A DNA stretch of 37,678 bases from a virus (taxonomy: Duplodnaviria; Caudoviricetes): the IMG/VR virus record IMGVR_UViG_3300042937_000703, positions 1-37,678 of that record; one strand, written 5' to 3'. Position numbers and translations under genes: made by a program. Below the pieces are notes generated by a model. That model ran no database searches. It worked only from the letters and a program-made list of their open reading frames with translations, and was not told the origin of the DNA. Positions 33,035 to 37,678 of the stretch are shown piece by piece (position 1 is the stretch's first letter; each line of letters begins with the position of its first letter).

Positions 33035-34426
33035 ATGGCTCTCATCACCTCTGCAGCCAGCGGCAATTTCAACGCAGGCGCGACATGGACAGGCGGCGTC
33101 GTCCCCGGCGTCGGAGACGAAGCCCGCGCCAGCAACGGCCACACCATCACCATTGATGTCAATACCACCTGCGATGAAGTGAGCAACGCAGGCACAGGCA
33201 TTTTCACGCTCGCAAGCGGCGTCACGCTCACGGCCAATGTCACTCACAAATCCACTACGACAGGGCGTAACTGCCTCCAATGCGCTGGCACTGGTTTTAT
33301 CATTGGAAATGTTACCTCCGGTTCGGTGACCTCATCGACTGCGGTTTTCAACAACACAACCGGAACCCTTTCAATTACCGGGAATGTTACTGGCGGTTCA
33401 AACACAGAGTGTTATGGAGCCTATAACAACACCACCGGAACAATCGCTATCACAGGAAATGTCACAGGAGGATCTGGAAGCACGGCTGCAGGGGGGCGTA
33501 ACAACACCACCGGAACAATCGCTATCACAGGAAATGTCACAGGAGGATCTGGAAGCAATGCTTCGGGAATAATTAACTTTAGCACCGGATCGATTACGGT
33601 AACAGGAAATGTCACGGGCGGATCAGTGGCGGGTAGTCTTGGGATCAGCTTTGGAACTGGATCATTAACCATTACTGGAAATGTATTGGGCGGTTCAAAT
33701 TCTACGGCTAATGGAGTTTCTGTATCAACCGGAACCGCAACTATTACAGGAAATTGCATGGGTGGAGCTGTTGGCTCGGGCGCAATTTTGAGTTCTATCG
33801 GAGCATTAAATGTTAAAAGAGCCGTTGGAAATACTTACGGCCCCGGCAATACTTCCGGTCTCGCCTCGGCAGTTGGTGTCGCCAACTCCGGCCTCGGCGT
33901 CATCGAAATTGAAGAACTTGAATACGGAACATTCGGCATGTCGCCCACTAGCGGCACAGGCATCCGCCTAAAGAAAGCAAACAGCAATGTCGTGGTTTTC
34001 AATTATGTGAATTCGGGGTCGGCAAAGACTCTTATCGACGCCACGCAAAACGCCGCCATGCCAGCCGCCAGCAATGTCCGCAGCGGCGTGAGCTACGCGA
34101 GCGGCGCACTCACCGGATCATGTGCAGTCCCAGCCGCAGGTTCAGTGGCGCTGGGAGTCCCTGTTGACAACACAACAGGCACGGCAGTGCTAACCCCAGC
34201 CGCCGTCTGGAGCCACGCCACCCGCACCATCACCGGCGGGCTTGTCGATACCGCAACAACTTTGACCAACGCGCCGACCGTCCCCACCGCCAGCCAGATC
34301 GCCTCACAGGTGAGAACCGAGCTATCGAGCGAACTCGCGAAAGTCTCGGCCCTCAACACGACTCGCCTCGGCCAAGTCACGACCACGGAAATCCTCGGCA
34401 ACCTACTCGCCCAAGCCAACAGCTAA
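33035..34426 (+). CDS. Tail fibre / receptor-binding-like protein with ITGNVTGGS repeats
   Basis: Gly/Thr/Asn-rich repeats of about 25 aa suggest a beta-solenoid; PAASNVRSGVSY motif. Confidence 0.7.
   Translation: MALITSAASGNFNAGATWTGGVVPGVGDEARASNGHTITIDVNTTCDEVSNAGTGIFTLASGVTLTANVTHKSTTTGRNCLQCAGTGFIIGNVTSGSVTSSTAVFNNTTGTLSITGNVTGGSNTECYGAYNNTTGTIAITGNVTGGSGSTAAGGRNNTTGTIAITGNVTGGSGSNASGIINFSTGSITVTGNVTGGSVAGSLGISFGTGSLTITGNVLGGSNSTANGVSVSTGTATITGNCMGGAVGSGAILSSIGALNVKRAVGNTYGPGNTSGLASAVGVANSGLGVIEIEELEYGTFGMSPTSGTGIRLKKANSNVVVFNYVNSGSAKTLIDATQNAAMPAASNVRSGVSYASGALTGSCAVPAAGSVALGVPVDNTTGTAVLTPAAVWSHATRTITGGLVDTATTLTNAPTVPTASQIASQVRTELSSELAKVSALNTTRLGQVTTTEILGNLLAQANS
33424..33557 (+). repeat. 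Two identical 59-bp copies (33424-33482, 33499-33557), 75-bp period
   Basis: Read directly from the sequence. Confidence 0.9.
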
Positions 34427-34608
34427 TGAATAGCGACCAACTCAAATCCGCAGCCACCGGCCTCATCGGCAGCGCCACCTCCATCGGCGCGGCGATTTAC
34501 TCCATGCTTCCCCACTTGGAAGCGTGGATGCGTTTCGCCTCCGTAACGGTCGGGTTCGCGGTCGGCCTCGTCACCCTCGTCAAAATCCTCCGCGACCTCA
34601 AAAAGTAG
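34426..34608 (+). CDS. Small two-TM membrane protein (holin-like)
   Basis: Two hydrophobic segments and a basic C-terminus. Confidence 0.55.
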   Translation: MNSDQLKSAATGLIGSATSIGAAIYSMLPHLEAWMRFASVTVGFAVGLVTLVKILRDLKK

Positions 34609-34609
34609 C

Positions 34610-37537
34610 ATGCCGAAGTTCGATTTCTATCCCTCGTTCAACGCCGGTGAAGTCTCCCCCTTCATCGACGCCCGGACGAGCTTGGAGAAATACCGCAGCG
34701 CCTGCCGCACGCTGGAGAACTTCCAAATCCTCCCCTACGGAGGCGTCATCCGCCGCCCGGGGACGCAATTCCTCGGAGCCACCAAGTCGGCCACCAGCCA
34801 AACCCGCTTGATCGGCTTCAATTTCTCGACCACGACCCGCTTCATCATCGAAATGGGCGCAGGCTACATGAGGTTCTGGAACCCCGCCACAGGAGCGCCG
34901 GTCAACGCCGCCACGCCATCCGCATGGGCGACCGGGAACATCTACGCAGTCGGCAACTATGTGCGTGAAAGTAGCAAAAACTACTACTGCGTGACTGCCC
35001 ACACCGCAGGCACATTTGCCACCGATCTCGCCGCAGGTCGCTGGGTGGAGCAGTCGATCCTTGAGATTCCCACCCCCTACGCCGCCTCTGCACTGCGCGA
35101 AATCCAATTTTCCCAAATCAACGACATCATGTATTTCGCCCACGCGAACTACCTGCCACACAAACTCTCCCGCCTTGCCGACAACAACTGGACATTCGCG
35201 CCAGTGGTCTTTGACTACCCGCCGCTTCAAGACCAGAACGCCACCGAGCAGGTCGTGAATATTTATCCAAACCCAGACATTTGGGTCGCTGGCACGAACT
35301 ACATCCTCGGCGACTATGTGCGTCCTCCCACATGGGTCGCATCCACCGCCTACGCCGTGGGCGACATCGTGCTGAGTGGCAGCATTGCCTATAAGTGCAT
35401 CACGGCAAACACCGACGCCACATTCACCGCAGCTAAATGGAGCGCACAGAACCAAGCCAACCAGGCATTTTACTACTACGCCATGAGCGCCCACCGCGCT
35501 GGGTCGAACTTCGGCGTGGATCAAGCAGCGGGCAAGTGGTCGCAATTCCCGATTCCTCTCAATGAAATGGGAAAATACTCGGTCAGCGCCGGGTCTGGAC
35601 TTTTCCCATCCTCCACGGTGGGTTCGCAGGTTGAACTGAAGTGGCAGAAAAACAATTTCTACGCCGAGCAACTCATCACAGGGAACAATGTTTCCGATAC
35701 TTTGGCCGTGGAAGGCGGGTGGGATTTCAGCACTTCCGGCACATGGACGGCAACCATGCAAATTCTGCGCGTTCCCTCGGATGTCTTCTCGGCTGGGCGC
35801 ATCGTGGCCACCGCCACGCGAAGCGGCACGGTAGTGAGCGTCTACCACCCCTACCACGGTTGGAACAACGGAGACCGCATCTGCGTGGGAGACGGTCGGT
35901 CAACAAACAACTACGCCACACACGGAGCCACCATCACCGTCACCGGCACTCACACCTACACCTATGATGTTGGATCAAACTCCCAGACCGGCTACCTCGA
36001 CATTTACCCGGAGAACCTCACAAAAATGGAAATTGTGCGGGAATACTCCGTGTCGGCAGACCGCAATATCATCACTAGCGGAACGGAGTCCACGCGCTGC
36101 GGTCTAAAAATCCGCATTCTGGATTGGGTTTCCGGCACCGGAACCATTGTCCAGAAAGCCCGCTTGGAAACCGACACCAAGGTCACCGGCGGCATCGCCA
36201 CCATCGTCGCAGCCGAGCAGATCAATGTGGACAAGTGGCTCGGCGAGGGTCCGCGCAACCAGCGCAACACCAAGTTCTGGGCCTTCGGCGCATTCTCGTC
36301 CGCTCGCGGCTACCCGCGCTCGGTCGCCATGCATGAGCAGCGCCTTTGCTTTGGCGGCACATCCTCCCAGCCAAACACCGTCTGGTGCAGCGCCATCGAT
36401 GATTTTGAGAATTTCCAGACCGGCACGACCGCCGCTGATGCCGTGCAGTTCACGCTCGCCGCCTCCGAGGGCAACCGCATCAATTGGATGTATAGCCAAA
36501 GCCAACTCCTCATCGGGACATCCGGCGACGAGTGGACGATTGGCAGCGCCGATTCCACGCAGGCGCTCTCAGCCACCAATGTGCAGGCGAACCGGCAATC
36601 CTCCTACGGGTCAAAATATATGAAGGCCGCGCTCGTCAACGATGTCCTCCTCTTCGTCCAGCGCAACGGACGCAAGGTGCGTGAGTTGGTCTACGAACTC
36701 AACAAGGACGGCTGGGTCGCGCCGGACCTCACCTTACTCGCGGAACACATCACCAATGGCGAGATCGTGGACATCGCCTACCAGCAACAACCGGATGCCG
36801 TGCTGTGGTGCGTTCGCGGAGACGGCACACTCATCGCCATGACCTACGAGCGCGACCAGAAGGTCGTCGGCTGGCACCGCCACACGCTCGGCGATGCCGA
36901 TGTGGAGTCGGTCGCCACCATCTACGGAAATGGAACTGAGGACGAACTTTGGATGGTCGTGAAGCGCACCGTCTCCGGAGCAGACTACCGCACCATCGAG
37001 CGGTTTCCTCTCCTCTGGAGAACCCGATTCGACGAAGAATCTTCGGCAAACTACCGCTACCTCGACGGCCATGTCGCCTTCGCCTCTGGCGCGGCCAATC
37101 GCACGGTCTCCGGCCTCGCGCATCTGGAAGGAAAAACCATCACCGTGGTGCAGGATGGGCAGTCTCCCATCACCCGCACGGTCGCCAGCGGGGCGATCAC
37201 CGTCCCTGCCGCCGCCGCCGGTTACCTCGGCCAACCTTACACCTCCACGCTCCGCCCCATGAAGCTCGATGCCGACTTCGAGGACGGCACCGCGCAGTCG
37301 CGCAAGAAGCGCATCCATCAAGTCGTCGTCCGCACCCTCAAAAGCCGGGGGGGCGAAGTTCGCACAAATTCCGGATCATGGTATGCTCTCGCCCCGACGA
37401 CCACCACGGGCGACCAAAAGATCATCCTCGGCGGAGCGTTCGGCATCGACGCCGATGTCGATGTCCGCCAGACCGAACCTTACCCAATGTGCATCATCTC
37501 GATCCTCCCCAAGTGGGACGCCTACGGCAATGAGTGA
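34610..37537 (+). CDS. Tail tubular protein B (nozzle, gp12-like) with inserted modules
   Basis: SFNAGEVSP, GG..RRPG, YPRSV..HEQRL.FGG and DQKVVGWHRH motifs. Confidence 0.88.
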   Translation: MPKFDFYPSFNAGEVSPFIDARTSLEKYRSACRTLENFQILPYGGVIRRPGTQFLGATKSATSQTRLIGFNFSTTTRFIIEMGAGYMRFWNPATGAPVNAATPSAWATGNIYAVGNYVRESSKNYYCVTAHTAGTFATDLAAGRWVEQSILEIPTPYAASALREIQFSQINDIMYFAHANYLPHKLSRLADNNWTFAPVVFDYPPLQDQNATEQVVNIYPNPDIWVAGTNYILGDYVRPPTWVASTAYAVGDIVLSGSIAYKCITANTDATFTAAKWSAQNQANQAFYYYAMSAHRAGSNFGVDQAAGKWSQFPIPLNEMGKYSVSAGSGLFPSSTVGSQVELKWQKNNFYAEQLITGNNVSDTLAVEGGWDFSTSGTWTATMQILRVPSDVFSAGRIVATATRSGTVVSVYHPYHGWNNGDRICVGDGRSTNNYATHGATITVTGTHTYTYDVGSNSQTGYLDIYPENLTKMEIVREYSVSADRNIITSGTESTRCGLKIRILDWVSGTGTIVQKARLETDTKVTGGIATIVAAEQINVDKWLGEGPRNQRNTKFWAFGAFSSARGYPRSVAMHEQRLCFGGTSSQPNTVWCSAIDDFENFQTGTTAADAVQFTLAASEGNRINWMYSQSQLLIGTSGDEWTIGSADSTQALSATNVQANRQSSYGSKYMKAALVNDVLLFVQRNGRKVRELVYELNKDGWVAPDLTLLAEHITNGEIVDIAYQQQPDAVLWCVRGDGTLIAMTYERDQKVVGWHRHTLGDADVESVATIYGNGTEDELWMVVKRTVSGADYRTIERFPLLWRTRFDEESSANYRYLDGHVAFASGAANRTVSGLAHLEGKTITVVQDGQSPITRTVASGAITVPAAAAGYLGQPYTSTLRPMKLDADFEDGTAQSRKKRIHQVVVRTLKSRGGEVRTNSGSWYALAPTTTTGDQKIILGGAFGIDADVDVRQTEPYPMCIISILPKWDAYGNE

Positions 37538-37678
37538 CATCACCATCCGCCACTACGAACCGACCGACTACGAGATGCTCTCGGAGTGGTGGCATGCCCA
37601 CGGCAAGCACCGCCGCCCGGAGCCGATGCTCCCGAAATGCGGAGTCGTCTGCGAGATCGACGGCAAGCCGGTCTCCGC
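37530..37678 (+). CDS. 5' part of an origin-spanning putative acetyltransferase-fold protein (continues at 1-395)
   Basis: ATG at 37530 overlaps the end of the tail tubular B gene. It reads MSDITIRHYEPTDYEMLSEWW and runs into the ORF listed at 24-395. Confidence 0.8.
   Translation, partial: MSDITIRHYEPTDYEMLSEWWHAHGKHRRPEPMLPKCGVVCEIDGKPVS

Larger units (their letters stand above)
1..37678 (+). mobile_element. Complete circular temperate phage genome with a podovirus-type structural module
   Basis: Terminal 127-bp identity. Terminase, portal, capsid, tail, lysis, integrase/attP and replication genes are all present and all on +. Confidence 0.93.

Noticed and set aside
33424-33557. Diversity-generating retroelement template/variable repeat pair
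   Set aside because: The copies are adjacent, in frame and identical, with no adenine-specific differences and no reverse transcriptase gene.
37552-37678. 127-bp terminal repeat as a biological direct terminal repeat
   Set aside because: The length matches a common assembler k-mer and the repeat lies mid-gene. It is best read as a circular-assembly overlap, not the physical genome end.

Overview
The window appears to be the complete genome of a temperate, podovirus-type tailed phage, assembled as a circle. Bases 1-127 repeat exactly at 37552-37678, so the unique length is 37,551 bp. Every credible gene is on the + strand. Gene order: putative acetyltransferase, three internal-virion (ejection) proteins including a 2796-aa polyvalent protein, lysis cassette, attP (3' half of tRNA-Ser(CGA)), tyrosine integrase, two ribbon-helix-helix regulators and an excisionase-like HTH, Bet/RecT and an exonuclease, replication initiator and DnaC-like loader, SSB-like and RusA-like genes, TerS/TerL, portal, scaffold, a CAT-anticodon tRNA, major capsid, three tail-tubular-A-like genes, fibre genes and tail tubular B. 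The most unusual signals are: (1) a 15-bp motif TTTTGACTGATACCA found 7 times exactly plus 4 variants, mostly just before start codons; (2) four effector-like cassettes in the giant ejection protein, bounded by five NYSI(G) linkers; (3) six tandem tail-tubular-A-like domains spread over three genes; (4) RusA-like motifs split between two overlapping frames; (5) a structured capsid leader next to the tRNA. All product calls rest on motifs recognised by eye and on gene order; no searches were run.
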